DNA from: Thermodesulfobacteriota bacterium
GTDB taxonomy: Bacteria > Desulfobacterota_D > UBA1144 > Nemesobacterales > JAJCZQ01
Direction of reading: 5' to 3'
Length of the DNA stretch: 64,000 nt
Assembly (NCBI GenBank): GCA_965215275.1
Contig: OZ244044.1
Location: 288,001 to 352,000, forward strand
In this document: in pieces, positions 30,537 through 40,757 of the stretch
Layout: each line of letters opens with the position of its first letter
Numbering within the stretch: position 1 is the first letter of the stretch
Position numbers and translations under genes: made by a program
The notes under the pieces: generated by a model
The model's database searches: none
What the model saw: only the letters and a program-made list of their open reading frames with translations
Told to the model about the DNA's origin: nothing

Positions 30537-31390
30537 TATAAATATCTCCCCACCAACAGTTCTACTTTATCCCTATCGGCTTTTTTGATCTCACTTCGTG
30601 GCGTTATAATGGAATCTTTCAGCGACGAACCACACTTACAGTTCATCTTATCGGGTATTGACACGGTCAGTCTCTTGATTATAAGTTTTGCCATATCAAC
30701 GTTTTTCCTAAGCGTGTCAATAATGTCACCAACTGCAACTTCAGCGTGTTCATCATGCCAGCAGTCATAATCCGTCGAAAGGGCCATCGTGGAATAGCAG
30801 ATCTCCGCCTCCCTTGCCAGTTTGACCTCCGGCATGTTCGTCATACCGATAACGTCCACATTCCACTGCCTGTACAACTCACTTTCTCCCTTGGTGGAGA
30901 ACTGCGGACCCTCGATACAGATATAAGTCCCTCCCATATGTGCCGTAGCACCTGAATCAACGGCTGCTTCGAACAGGATCTTTGACAGATGGGAACAGAC
31001 GGGGTCGGCCATTGAAACATGTGCAACGATGCCGCTGCCGAAAAAAGTGGATTCCCTTTTCCTGGTCAGATCAATGAACTGAGTGGGAACTACGATGTTC
31101 CCAGGTGCTATCTCATCCTTCATGCTCCCGACCGCACTTACTGATATTATCCACTTCACGTCCAGCATTTTCATTGCATAGACGTTTGCACGGTAGTTAA
31201 TGTCCGAAGGCATGATCTTATGCCCTTTTCCGTGACGCGGCAGGAAAAAAAGTTCTGCGTCCCCGAGAAAGCCCCTTATTATCTGTCCAGATGGGTCTCC
31301 CCAAGGCGTTGAGAGGTTTATGGTCTCAACGTTCTTCAATCCGTCCATCTCGTACAGACCACTTCCGCCAATTACACCTATCTTGAACAT
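30536..31390 (-). CDS. mtnP: S-methyl-5'-thioadenosine phosphorylase
   Basis: GVIGGSGLY, FLPRHG, EGPQFST, IGMTNMPE, TDYDCW. Confidence 0.93.
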   Translation of the reverse strand: MFKIGVIGGSGLYEMDGLKNVETINLSTPWGDPSGQIIRGFLGDAELFFLPRHGKGHKIMPSDINYRANVYAMKMLDVKWIISVSAVGSMKDEIAPGNIVVPTQFIDLTRKRESTFFGSGIVAHVSMADPVCSHLSKILFEAAVDSGATAHMGGTYICIEGPQFSTKGESELYRQWNVDVIGMTNMPEVKLAREAEICYSTMALSTDYDCWHDEHAEVAVGDIIDTLRKNVDMAKLIIKRLTVSIPDKMNCKCGSSLKDSIITPRSEIKKADRDKVELLVGRYL

Positions 31391-31608
31391 AGTTTTATTG
31401 AAAAACGTACAATTCTCCTTCTTTGCCCCTGTGCATAACCTGAAGCAGGCAGAAGCGTCTTAACAAAAATAGCAAGGTTATCAATAAACAGGTACTTTAT
31501 CAACATTTATTAAAAAAAGGGAACTATATATTTAAACAAAAAAAGAAAATGATCCGGACATCCTGATGTGACCTCTGTCATTAAATAAAAAAACGCTGTT
31601 CGTTATAT

Positions 31609-31747
31609 TTGACATTGCAGCAGAACAGAAGTAGAGTATAATCATAATGCGTATCCCTGTTATCCCCCCCCCCCACCACCATATACTTGACCTTTCAACT
31701 GAATATAGCTATCCTGTAACTACAATGTCAGGTTCATCCCCCCCCCC
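31609..31747 (+). promoter_or_regulatory. Two tandem promoter-ATG-poly-C units
   Basis: TTGACA-17-TAGAGT, ATG 31647, C11 (31664-31674); TTGACC-17-TATCCT, ATG 31725, C10 (31738-31747). Confidence 0.7.
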
Positions 31748-34700
31748 ATCAATGCAGTAGTCCAGTAAGCAGTTCCTGCTGTAACGGCAGACGGTTCATA
31801 TTTCCCTTTGTCTTTTTTCTTCTGTGCATAATGGTAATAGCTGCAAAAGGGCAGAGCAGTCTGGAAAAAACATTATCTGAATGCAGAGGTATCAGTGCAG
31901 ACACAGAAGATCCGTTATACGGATGTCAGTGGCATCTGAAGAACACTGGGCAGCTTAGTTTTTCCGGAAAGGCAGTAACAGCAGGAGAAGATATAAACAT
32001 AGAAGGGGTCTGGGATGATGGCATATCCGGTGCTGGAATTAACGTAGCTATTGTAAGTGACGGAATAGACCTTTCACATGAGGACCTTTCTGCAAACGTC
32101 CGTTCCGGACTGAACTGGAGTTATTTTGAAGAAAACAATTCTGAAAGCGTTGATTTGTCTGACAATTCATCCTTTACCGGAACACGAGCGGCAGGTGTTA
32201 TTGCAGCGACTGGATATAATGGTCTGGGAGTAAGAGGTGCAGCACATAAGGCAAGCATCTATAGTTATAAATTAGCTGGTAACTTCAGTGATGCGGACAT
32301 AAAGGATGCAATGGTCCGTAATAAGGAAATAACAGCAGTATCGGTTAACGACTGGGGATATGAGGACGTAGTTTTTCTTCAGGGGGCTCTGGCTGCGTGG
32401 GAAGAAGGAGTGGAACTTGGTATAAAGAAAGGGTTTTATGGTAAAGGGGTATTTTACGTCTGGGGAGCAGGGGACGGATATGAGAATAACGATCAGGCTA
32501 ATTTTTCTGAATATTCAAATTACTACGGGGTAACGGCCGTGTGTTCAACAGACGGATTTGGAAAAAAGAGTACTTTCTCAGAAGAGGGAGTAAATCTTTG
32601 GGTATGTGCACCTGGTTCTGATATTACAACCACTGATAACAACAACGATTACGTTGCAGCTTCCGGAACTGTCCTTTCAGCATCACAGGTTGGAGGAGTG
32701 GCAGCACTGCTGAGAGAGATAAATGGAAATCTGAGCTGGAGGGATATAAAACTTATACTTGCAGGTTCAGCACGTCAGAACGATGTTTTTAACATAAGCT
32801 GGGAGACTGGAGCAGTTAAATACGGCTCTGATACTGAAAGATATAAATACAGTTATAAATACGGATTTGGAACTGTAGACGCAGAAGCAGCTGCAGAGCT
32901 TGCCAGAAGCTGGAAAGGTGTTGGAGAAATGAGGACAGTCAGCGCCTTTTCAGATAATGAAATAACAATCCCTGATGGAGAAGCAGATGGAGTTCTTGTT
33001 TCCAGGGTTACGGTGCCGGACCTTGAAGAGATCTTATTTACGGAGTTCGTGGAAGTTGAACTTGTTCTCTCGTGTGACTGCGTACAGGACCTTAATATAC
33101 AGATAACCTCTCCTTCCGGGACGGTATCTGAACTTGTAAGGGAGTCTGTCAGTGGAACTTCAGATGAAGAAAAGTGCGTCAGTTACCTGAGAAAAAAACA
33201 TCGTTTTGGGTCGGCTAAACACCTCGGAGAAGACCCTTCCGGAGAATGGACACTTAAGATCTCTGATACTGCTTCCGGAGATGAAAAAAATGGAAAAAAC
33301 ACTGTTACCTTACACTCATGGAGCATTAAGGTCTATGGACATAAGAAGGGTTTTTTTTCTCAGGACCTTGGCAGGGGAATAACTCCTAAACGTATAGAGT
33401 GGCCCTCTCAAGAGATAGGTGATCACGTGTATAGAACAGGGGTTGAAATAACACCATTAATGCTGCCTGTGGCAACGGGGTCTGGAACAATAAGCTACAG
33501 TATAGAGCCTCCTTTACCTGATGGATTGAGCTTGACCCGACCTTTTTTCCATATAATAACCGGAACACCCACTACTCCGCAGGAGAAGACTACGTATGGA
33601 TGGTTTGCTGAAGATGATGATGGGTCGAGTTTTGTTGGTTTTTCTATTACGATAAAAGACGTGCCGAGTTTCGGAGGTCAGACAATTAGTGATCAGGATT
33701 ATATAGTAGGGGTTCAGATACCACCATTAGTACTGCCTCGTGCAACGGGAGGGTCTGGAACATTAACCTATAATATAATACATGGTTGCTGCACTGGAGT
33801 ACCAACTGGATTGTTTTTTAACAGTGGTACCCGGAGAATATCTGGAACTCCTACTGCTGCATCGTCTGATACTTATACATACAGGGTAACGGACGAAGAT
33901 GGAGAGACGGCTGAACTTGAGTTCAGGATCAGTGTAAGAACTGAAAGTGAAATACCAAGCTTCGGCAGTCAGACGATAGATGATAAAGTGTATTATAATG
34001 GTGAAACAGTAACAGAAACGCTGCCTCAGGCAACGGGAGGGGATGGAACTTTAAGTTACAGTTTAACTCCTACTGGTACTTTACCTTTTCAGTTGGCGTT
34101 TATCACAGCTACCCGAACGATAAGTGGGACACTCAGTCTCAGGCCAGAGGCAATTCCTTGGACCAGGAGTTTTAAATATACCGTAAGAGACGCAGACTCA
34201 GATACGGGTGACGGTGATACTGACAGTCTGACCTTCTCTATTACGGTTGATGACAGAACACCGACATTCGGCAGTCAGACGGTAGAAAATCAGGTTTTTG
34301 TTAATGGTTCAGCAGTAACGTTAACGCTGCCTGAGGCAACGGGAGGGGATGGAACTTTAAATTACAGTTTAACTAATAGTATAGGTGATCCAATTAACAT
34401 TAATGGATTGGATTATAACGAAAACACCAGAACGTTAAGTGGAACGCTCAACGTTTCTCCAAGAGGATTACCTATAACTCAAACTTATACCTACAAGGTA
34501 ACTGACTCTGATACCAATACTGATGATGGAGATACGGATGAGTTAACGTTCAGTATCACTATACAAGAAGACAGCGTTCCAACCTTTGGTGGTGAGACGA
34601 TAGATGATCAGGTGTATATAGCAGGAAATCGAATAACGCCAGTAACACTGCCTGAGGCAACGGGAGGGAATGGAGATTTAACATACAGTTTTAACCCTGC

Positions 34701-35883
34701 TCTGCCTTCTGGATTGGATTTTAACCAGAACACCCGGGTGTTAAGTGGAATTCCAACTGCTGCAAGTGGTCAGGTTCTTTATACGTATACGGTAACGGAC
34801 GAAGATGGAAGTACAGATCATATACAGTTCAATATCACGACAGAGAATGACAGATTTCCAATCTTTGGCAGTAACAGCAGTATAAGTGATAAGGAGTACA
34901 CGGCAGGAGTTCAAATAACACCAGAAACGCTGCCTGCTGCAACAGGAGGAAATACTCCATTAACTTACAGTATAACTCCTACATTACCAATTGGATTGGA
35001 GTTTAATAACAACACCCGAGTGTTAAGTGGAACACCAACTACTGCAACGAGCAGGACTACTTATACATATACGGTAGAAGACGCAAATGGAGACAGAAAC
35101 AGGTTGACGTTCAGGATCACAGTAAGAGCAGCAGAACCAGACACGGAACCGAGCTTCGGCAGTGAGACAATCCCTAATCAGGGTTATGTAAAAGATCATA
35201 CAATAACACCGGTAACGCTGCCTCGTGCAACGGGAGGAAATGCTCCATTAACTTATGGTATAACTCCTTCTTTACCTTCTGGATTGAACTTTAACACAGC
35301 TACCCGAGTGATAAGTGGAACACCGACCACTGCAACGCCTGAGAATACTTACACGTATACGGTTACTGATATAGATGGAGATACTCGCAGTTTGACGTTC
35401 AGGATCACAGTAAGGACTGACGGCGCACCAACCTTTGGCAATGAGACAATTCGTGCTCAGTCTTATGTAATAAGGAGTCCAATAAGACCATTAACGCTGC
35501 CTGTGGCAACGGGAAGAAATGCTCCATTAACTTACAGTTTAGCTCCTGCTTTACCTGCTGGATTGAGCTTTAACGCAAACACCCGACGGATCAGTGGAAC
35601 ACCCAATACTGTGACAAGCAGGAGAACTTATACATATACGGTAACGGACAGTAATGGAGAGACGGATGAGTTGAGTTTCACGATCAGGGTAACTGCTCCT
35701 CAGTCGCCAACGCCACCAGGAGGAACAAGAACATCAGGTACTGATGCAGGCGGTGGTGGTGGGTGTGCGGTCTCCGATCAGAACAGCGTTGTTTCCGGTC
35801 TGCTCGGAGCAGTGGCATGTCTTATACTTATACCTGTATCAGTAATTATCAGAAGGAAGAGAAGACATCAGATAAAGACTTAG
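31725..35883 (+). CDS. S8 kexin-like pseudo-protease 3: signal peptide, S8, P-domain, 8 Ig-like repeats, Gly-rich-Cys/TM/basic tail; frameshifted at C10
   Basis: -1 C joins ATG 31725 to ...RRFIFPFVFFLLCIMVIAAKGQ; the ORF-track start at 31831 lies inside the signal peptide. Confidence 0.85.
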
Positions 35884-35936
35884 TAATGTGGGATCCTTTC
35901 CAAGGCACCTGACGGGTGAGAATTTCCTGAATAAAT

Positions 35937-36054
35937 ATCTTCAGTAAAAGAAACTTTATACTGAATGGAAAAGATTATGCTACCAATGGGTCCTGAAGAT
36001 ATTATAAGCCGGAAGGGAACGGAAGAGGGAAGTATCCCTCACTCAGAACAGTGT
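35937..36054 (+). ncRNA. Second orphan copy of the TnpB 3' tail / putative omegaRNA scaffold (more decayed)
   Basis: AAAGAAACTTTATACTG...CCAATGGGTCCTGAA...CACTCAGAACAGTGT aligns with 4563-4684 and with the reverse complement of 39540-39660. Confidence 0.5.
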
Positions 36055-36091
36055 GTTAAGTATATAAAGCCGAAAAAATACGGACCCTTTG

Positions 36092-36754
36092 TTATCTTCT
36101 CACAGTAATTACCGTTCTTTCATGGTCGCTGAACGGAAGTTTGAACTTTATCCTGTCGGTCACAAGACGGTATTTTTCCTCCCTGCCGAACCCGCCGGTA
36201 AAGGACTTCCATTCCCGCTCACCGTCCTTTCCTCGCATGAGCACCACTTCTCCATCTTCTTTAACATAAGGAAGGGATATATCCAAAACCTCTTTAATGC
36301 CCCCTACTGCTCTGGTAACAACAAAATCAAAAGGACCTTTTATCAGTTTATCGTCCTCGGCGCTGCCTGCCCTTGCTGCAACTGCTGCTGCAGTTTTCAG
36401 TTCCAGATGCCTTATTACCTCTTTCATAAATATCACTTTCTTTTCGGCCGAATCAAGAAGGGTTACGTTCAGACCGGAATTAACGATGGAGAGAGGAATT
36501 CCTGGAAATCCCCCTCCGGAACCTATATCCAGCACGTCGGCCTCGGTATTCAGCAGTCTCCAGATGGACAGAGAGTCCAGAAAGTGTTTAATAACTATCT
36601 CTTTTTCATCCGTCAGGGAAGTAAGGTTTATCCGTCTGCTCCACTGCTTCAGCAGCCGTGCATAAACTGCGAATTTTTCGACCTGATCGTCACTTAACTC
36701 TGTCCCGAGTTCTATCGCCCCTTCTTTAAGTAAATTTAAACCCGCTGAACTCAA
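36092..36754 (-). CDS. rsmG: 16S rRNA m7G527 methyltransferase
   Basis: INLTS, KHFLDSL, LDIGSGGGFPGIPL, VVTRAV. Confidence 0.93.
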   Translation of the reverse strand: MSSAGLNLLKEGAIELGTELSDDQVEKFAVYARLLKQWSRRINLTSLTDEKEIVIKHFLDSLSIWRLLNTEADVLDIGSGGGFPGIPLSIVNSGLNVTLLDSAEKKVIFMKEVIRHLELKTAAAVAARAGSAEDDKLIKGPFDFVVTRAVGGIKEVLDISLPYVKEDGEVVLMRGKDGEREWKSFTGGFGREEKYRLVTDRIKFKLPFSDHERTVITVRR

Positions 36755-37563
36755 TCCAGTACCCTGATCGATATGGGATGCTCCACTATTATCCGAGGCG
36801 AACCCCTGTACATTTTTATACGTCCAACCACTTCAACGTACCTTTTCAGATAGAACTCCGAAGGCTCGATCCCAAAAAATCTGAAATTATCCAGGTCGCT
36901 CCTGAAAAATACCAGACCCAGCAGGTCTTCCATTTTCATCACCGTCAGCCTGTTTTTCTTCTCGGACAGTTCAGTTACCCTGCCCCTTACCACAACGCTT
37001 TTATTGATATGGTCCCTGACGTCTGCCGGACTGATCAGAAAACGTCCGTTGTCCCCCGGGACCTTAAAACTGCCCGGGTCGCCCCATATCCCCCTTCTTT
37101 CCCTCTTTGCCTCCTGCTGGGCCTTGAGGATCCTGTCCTTGTACTTTCTGTTCTTACCTATGAACAAAGTCCTTGCCAGACCCCTTCTTACGAGCTCTTC
37201 ATTGACAAAGGTCCCATCCACAAAAACGTATCCGAGCAGCCTTCCATAGCGGCCATACTTTTCCCGGTCGAACTCTACCGTTACTGACCTTCCTCCCACT
37301 AACTTTTTGTTCAGGTCCGTGGACCTCTGAGAAAAAGGCTCTCCCGGTGAACGGCTTGAAAGTTTCTCAGGTGCATCTATCCCCAGATATCTGAGCCTTT
37401 TGACCTTCGGATGATCTATCGTAATGGTATCCCCGTCATAAACTTCCAGGACGTTATAGCTGCTTTTTATCCCCGCGCTTGAGCAGGAGAAAAAAAGCAG
37501 GAAAAGCAATACAAAATATATTATGTAGTTTCTGAAATATCCTTTATAACTTGTTATTATCAT
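36751..37563 (-). CDS. Thermonuclease (SNase-like) family protein with a C-terminal OB-like domain
   Basis: VYDGDTI, RYLGIDAPE, YGRLLGYV, NEELVRRGLA. Confidence 0.85.
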   Translation of the reverse strand: MIITSYKGYFRNYIIYFVLLFLLFFSCSSAGIKSSYNVLEVYDGDTITIDHPKVKRLRYLGIDAPEKLSSRSPGEPFSQRSTDLNKKLVGGRSVTVEFDREKYGRYGRLLGYVFVDGTFVNEELVRRGLARTLFIGKNRKYKDRILKAQQEAKRERRGIWGDPGSFKVPGDNGRFLISPADVRDHINKSVVVRGRVTELSEKKNRLTVMKMEDLLGLVFFRSDLDNFRFFGIEPSEFYLKRYVEVVGRIKMYRGSPRIIVEHPISIRVLD

Positions 37564-38342
37564 TATGAACTGTTTTTCCTGTTAATTTTTCTTCCAACTG
37601 TAATAAACCCCGTGTGACCAACTATCCTGTCGATCGGTCTGGTCCTTCCCGGTCGCACGAGATAGTTCCTCAGGATGATCTCAAAGGTCTCCGTAAAGAC
37701 AAATCCCTCGTTACGCATGTGAACGGCGGTCTCCTCCACCTGATTTACCGTTGGTGACAGGCTGACAAGTCTGCCTCCTCCTTTCAGCGACTGGTAAGCC
37801 GAGCGAATTCCGTGCCAGGGAGATGGAAGGTCCAGAACGGCCGCGTCCGCTTCTCTCTGATCAAAGCCGTCCCTTGCGTCCCTGGACTTGATCTCGACCC
37901 GGTCCTCAAGCCCTGCCTCCGTTATGTTCTTCTCTGCATTCCTGAGGAACCTCTCTCTTATTTCGTAAATACAGAGCTTTCCCGTGGGACCAACGGCGTT
38001 TGCCAGAGGTATGGAAAGTGCACCGGAACCCGCTCCGCACTCAATGACCGTGCTGCCACTTGATATACCCGCCTTCAGAACGATCATCGCCGCATCTTTA
38101 GGATATATGATCTGGGTCAGCCTCTTTACCTTCATCATCCTGTCTTCCACCGTCGGTTCAAGAAGGGCAAAACTCTGATGCAGGGACGAAGTAACAAGAT
38201 CACCGACTTCCTTTCCTATTATATCGTTAAACTCCAGTATCCCTTTACTGGTATGGAATTTCCCGTCCGGTTCGACCTTCAGCAGGTAGGTCCTTTCATC
38301 CGGGTCCAGTATCAAAACCCTGTCATTTGGTCTGATCTTCAT
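37563..38342 (-). CDS. trmI: tRNA (adenine-58-N1)-methyltransferase
   Basis: TQIIYPKD, IECGAGSGAL, LDLPSPW, VGHTGF. Confidence 0.9.
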   Translation of the reverse strand: MKIRPNDRVLILDPDERTYLLKVEPDGKFHTSKGILEFNDIIGKEVGDLVTSSLHQSFALLEPTVEDRMMKVKRLTQIIYPKDAAMIVLKAGISSGSTVIECGAGSGALSIPLANAVGPTGKLCIYEIRERFLRNAEKNITEAGLEDRVEIKSRDARDGFDQREADAAVLDLPSPWHGIRSAYQSLKGGGRLVSLSPTVNQVEETAVHMRNEGFVFTETFEIILRNYLVRPGRTRPIDRIVGHTGFITVGRKINRKNSS

Positions 38343-39495
38343 CTGAAGTACCGTTCTCAAATATCGTATATATTAAAAATCCCGCAAAGACAAGTATCCC
38401 CGCGATCATATACATAACTGGAAATCCCCAGTATTTAGCCAGTATTCCAAGAGGGAAGGCAATATAGTTTATCCCGAGGCTGAACGAACCATTGAACGCC
38501 CCCATGGCCTTTCCCCTTTCAGAAGCAGATGCCCTGTCTATTATTATCGCACTGATCGTCGGGTATAAAAAACCATACCCGAAACTGAACAGAAAGGAGA
38601 TCAGAACCGCCGTGTACAGCGAATCAATGGTAAACACGAATATAAGCGACAGGGACATCAGAAGAATACTTGGAGCGGCTATGAACTTCCTGTTGAACAT
38701 ATCGGAGACCTTGCTCCCAAAAACGCGGATGGCTATCACAGTGACCGAATAGGTAAGGAAGAACGCGGACACGTTAAAGCTCTTGGACCTCAGAAAGACC
38801 GAAAAGAAATGGAGCATACTTCCAAGCCCGCATGCTATGATAAGGTTAGTGAACAGTATGAGCCTGTACCTTCGTGACCCTATCAGGTGAAAAAAGGCCA
38901 AGGCAGAACTGCCATCTGACCTTGTAAATCGTCCGTCCTGTGCAAACAGCGTAAGAAGCACCGCAACAAGGCCGAACGAAGAAGCGTAAAGAAAGAAAAC
39001 GTCAAATCCGAAACCGCTTACGACCAGTTCACCGACCGAAGGACCTATCGCGTACGACATTATCGTAAAGGCACCGAAAACCCCGAGGCCATGTGCCCTT
39101 ACCTCCTGGGGTACGTTATCTGAGACCAGAGTGCTCGCAGAGGTAAAAAAGAACGCAAATCCGACCCCCTGTACAAGCCTGAGGAAATAGATCGCCACTC
39201 CGATCTCCGAGATGAACAGGAACGAAAGCGTGGAAAAAAAGGTCAACACACCTCCAAATATGATGAAGTACTTTCGCCCGTACGTGTCTATCAGATGAGA
39301 GACCAGCGGGATCGACGCAAGGGACGTAATACCGAAAGTACCCATTATATAGCCGATCTCCGCTTCATCCCCACCTAACCCCTTTATAAAGAGCGGCAGC
39401 AGGAAGAAAGCTGAAAAATTACAGAAGAAGAAAAAATTGGCCAGCGTGACCAAGGTGAAATTCCTTTTCTGGATCTCGTCAAGACCTGAGAGCAT
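38323..39495 (-). CDS. MFS transporter
   Basis: About 12 TM helices; LIDTYGRK and KVSDMFNRK loop motifs. Confidence 0.9.
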   Translation of the reverse strand: MLSGLDEIQKRNFTLVTLANFFFFCNFSAFFLLPLFIKGLGGDEAEIGYIMGTFGITSLASIPLVSHLIDTYGRKYFIIFGGVLTFFSTLSFLFISEIGVAIYFLRLVQGVGFAFFFTSASTLVSDNVPQEVRAHGLGVFGAFTIMSYAIGPSVGELVVSGFGFDVFFLYASSFGLVAVLLTLFAQDGRFTRSDGSSALAFFHLIGSRRYRLILFTNLIIACGLGSMLHFFSVFLRSKSFNVSAFFLTYSVTVIAIRVFGSKVSDMFNRKFIAAPSILLMSLSLIFVFTIDSLYTAVLISFLFSFGYGFLYPTISAIIIDRASASERGKAMGAFNGSFSLGINYIAFPLGILAKYWGFPVMYMIAGILVFAGFLIYTIFENGTSDEDQTK

Positions 39496-39533
39496 TGTAT
39501 ATTTTAGGGAATTATATAGTTAAGTTGACAAAC

Positions 39534-40757
39534 TTACCCATACTGTTCTGAGTGCAGAGTTCCTCTATCCCTGTTCTCTTTTGATCTGATACTCTTAGCA
39601 CTCATCGGGAGTATTGCTACCTTATTCCCGCCCGACATGAAGTCTCCTTCATTAAGAGTATTAATATTTTTACCTGCGTTTATATCCCTGTCTTCCGAAT
39701 AACCGCAATACATACAGTTAAATACTCGTTGATACAGAGGCAGTTTTGGATTTACCTTTCCGCATTCAGAACAGGTTCTTGTTATATAATGAGCTTTAAC
39801 TAAAACCAGCTTGCCTCCAGCTATCTCGGCTTTGTAAGCAAGTTGATGTTTGATCTTACCCCATTGCTGTTCTGTTATGGATTTAGCAAGATGATGGTTC
39901 TTTACCATTCCTTGTATATTCAAATCCTCTAATTTTATATGATTACACTTCTTTACTATATTGGTGGTCATTCTGTGTATAGCGTTATTTTCACGATCGG
40001 TAGTTCGTTCCCATTCCTTCGCTAACGATAAAACTTTCTTCTTTCTGCTGTCAGAACCTTTTACCGCTCTTGAAACAATTTTTTGCTTTCGTTTAAGTTC
40101 CTTCCTGTCTATCCTGATACCGGGAACTTTAGTTCCATCTGAAAAAGCTAATCTGTTTGTTATTCCAAAATCTATCCCTATGGATTTATCCAAAGGTCTC
40201 TTCTTCTCATCTGTAAACTCACACAGAAACTGGAGCTTAATTCTTAACGAACTTTGAATTACTCTTATTATTGTTTTAGGTGCTTTCAAACAAACACACT
40301 CTGGCATACTACCTTTGAAAGATAATCTGCCAAGTCCCTTTATCGTTAAATATGTTCTTCTGCCTGTCTTCTTTATGTTTTTATAATTGTTTGTTTCAAA
40401 TGAACGAACTGGTCTGTTTGGACTTTTATATTTAGGTCTGCCAACCTTCCCTACCTTCTTACCTGCTTTCTTATTCCTTAAATAGCTCAAATAAGGACTA
40501 TATGCATTATCCAGTCTTTCCAGAACGCTTCTTTGAGCTACCGCATTAAACTTTTCGAATCCCTTGTCTTGCTCTCGGACCTCAGTCAACTGATTAAACT
40601 GTTCGTATTTAGAGATAGTTCTTTCATACCAATCCCAGGATCTTAACCTATGGTACAAGGCACTGTTATACAGATCGGTAAGCTGATTTAAGAATTCATC
40701 CAGTCTTTTATGAAAACCACTATCTGCCTTTACAGTTCGTGTAATCGTTCTGATCAC
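39534..40757 (-). CDS. tnpB: RNA-guided endonuclease TnpB
   Basis: RuvC-I IGIDFG, RuvC-II IKLEDL, zinc finger CSECG..CMYCG, RuvC-III DRDINA; all three acidic residues intact. Confidence 0.93.
   Translation of the reverse strand: MIRTITRTVKADSGFHKRLDEFLNQLTDLYNSALYHRLRSWDWYERTISKYEQFNQLTEVREQDKGFEKFNAVAQRSVLERLDNAYSPYLSYLRNKKAGKKVGKVGRPKYKSPNRPVRSFETNNYKNIKKTGRRTYLTIKGLGRLSFKGSMPECVCLKAPKTIIRVIQSSLRIKLQFLCEFTDEKKRPLDKSIGIDFGITNRLAFSDGTKVPGIRIDRKELKRKQKIVSRAVKGSDSRKKKVLSLAKEWERTTDRENNAIHRMTTNIVKKCNHIKLEDLNIQGMVKNHHLAKSITEQQWGKIKHQLAYKAEIAGGKLVLVKAHYITRTCSECGKVNPKLPLYQRVFNCMYCGYSEDRDINAGKNINTLNEGDFMSGGNKVAILPMSAKSIRSKENRDRGTLHSEQYG
39540..39660 (-). ncRNA. Putative omegaRNA scaffold overlapping the tnpB 3' end
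   Basis: Expected position; pairings UCGGG/CCCGA, GAGUGC/GCACUC and an AGAG-GAA-CUCU hairpin; conserved in two orphan copies. Confidence 0.65.

Larger units (their letters stand above)
31519..36072 (+). mobile_element. Non-autonomous IS1595-like cassette B carrying S8 paralogue 3
   Basis: Left end GGGAACTATATATTTAAA (15/18 to the TnpB TIR), right end GTTAAGTATATAAAGCCG (36055-36072); non-coding ends homologous to cassette A; A-rich flanks TAAAAAAA / AAAAAATA. Confidence 0.6.

Noticed and set aside
36089..36697. Long antisense/overlapping ORFs in the track (for example 36089-36697, 50155-50874, 8537-9007)
   Set aside because: Shadows of well-supported genes on the other strand with no recognisable motifs
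39534..40757. Cas12f/CRISPR-associated system
   Set aside because: No repeat-spacer array or cas genes anywhere in the window
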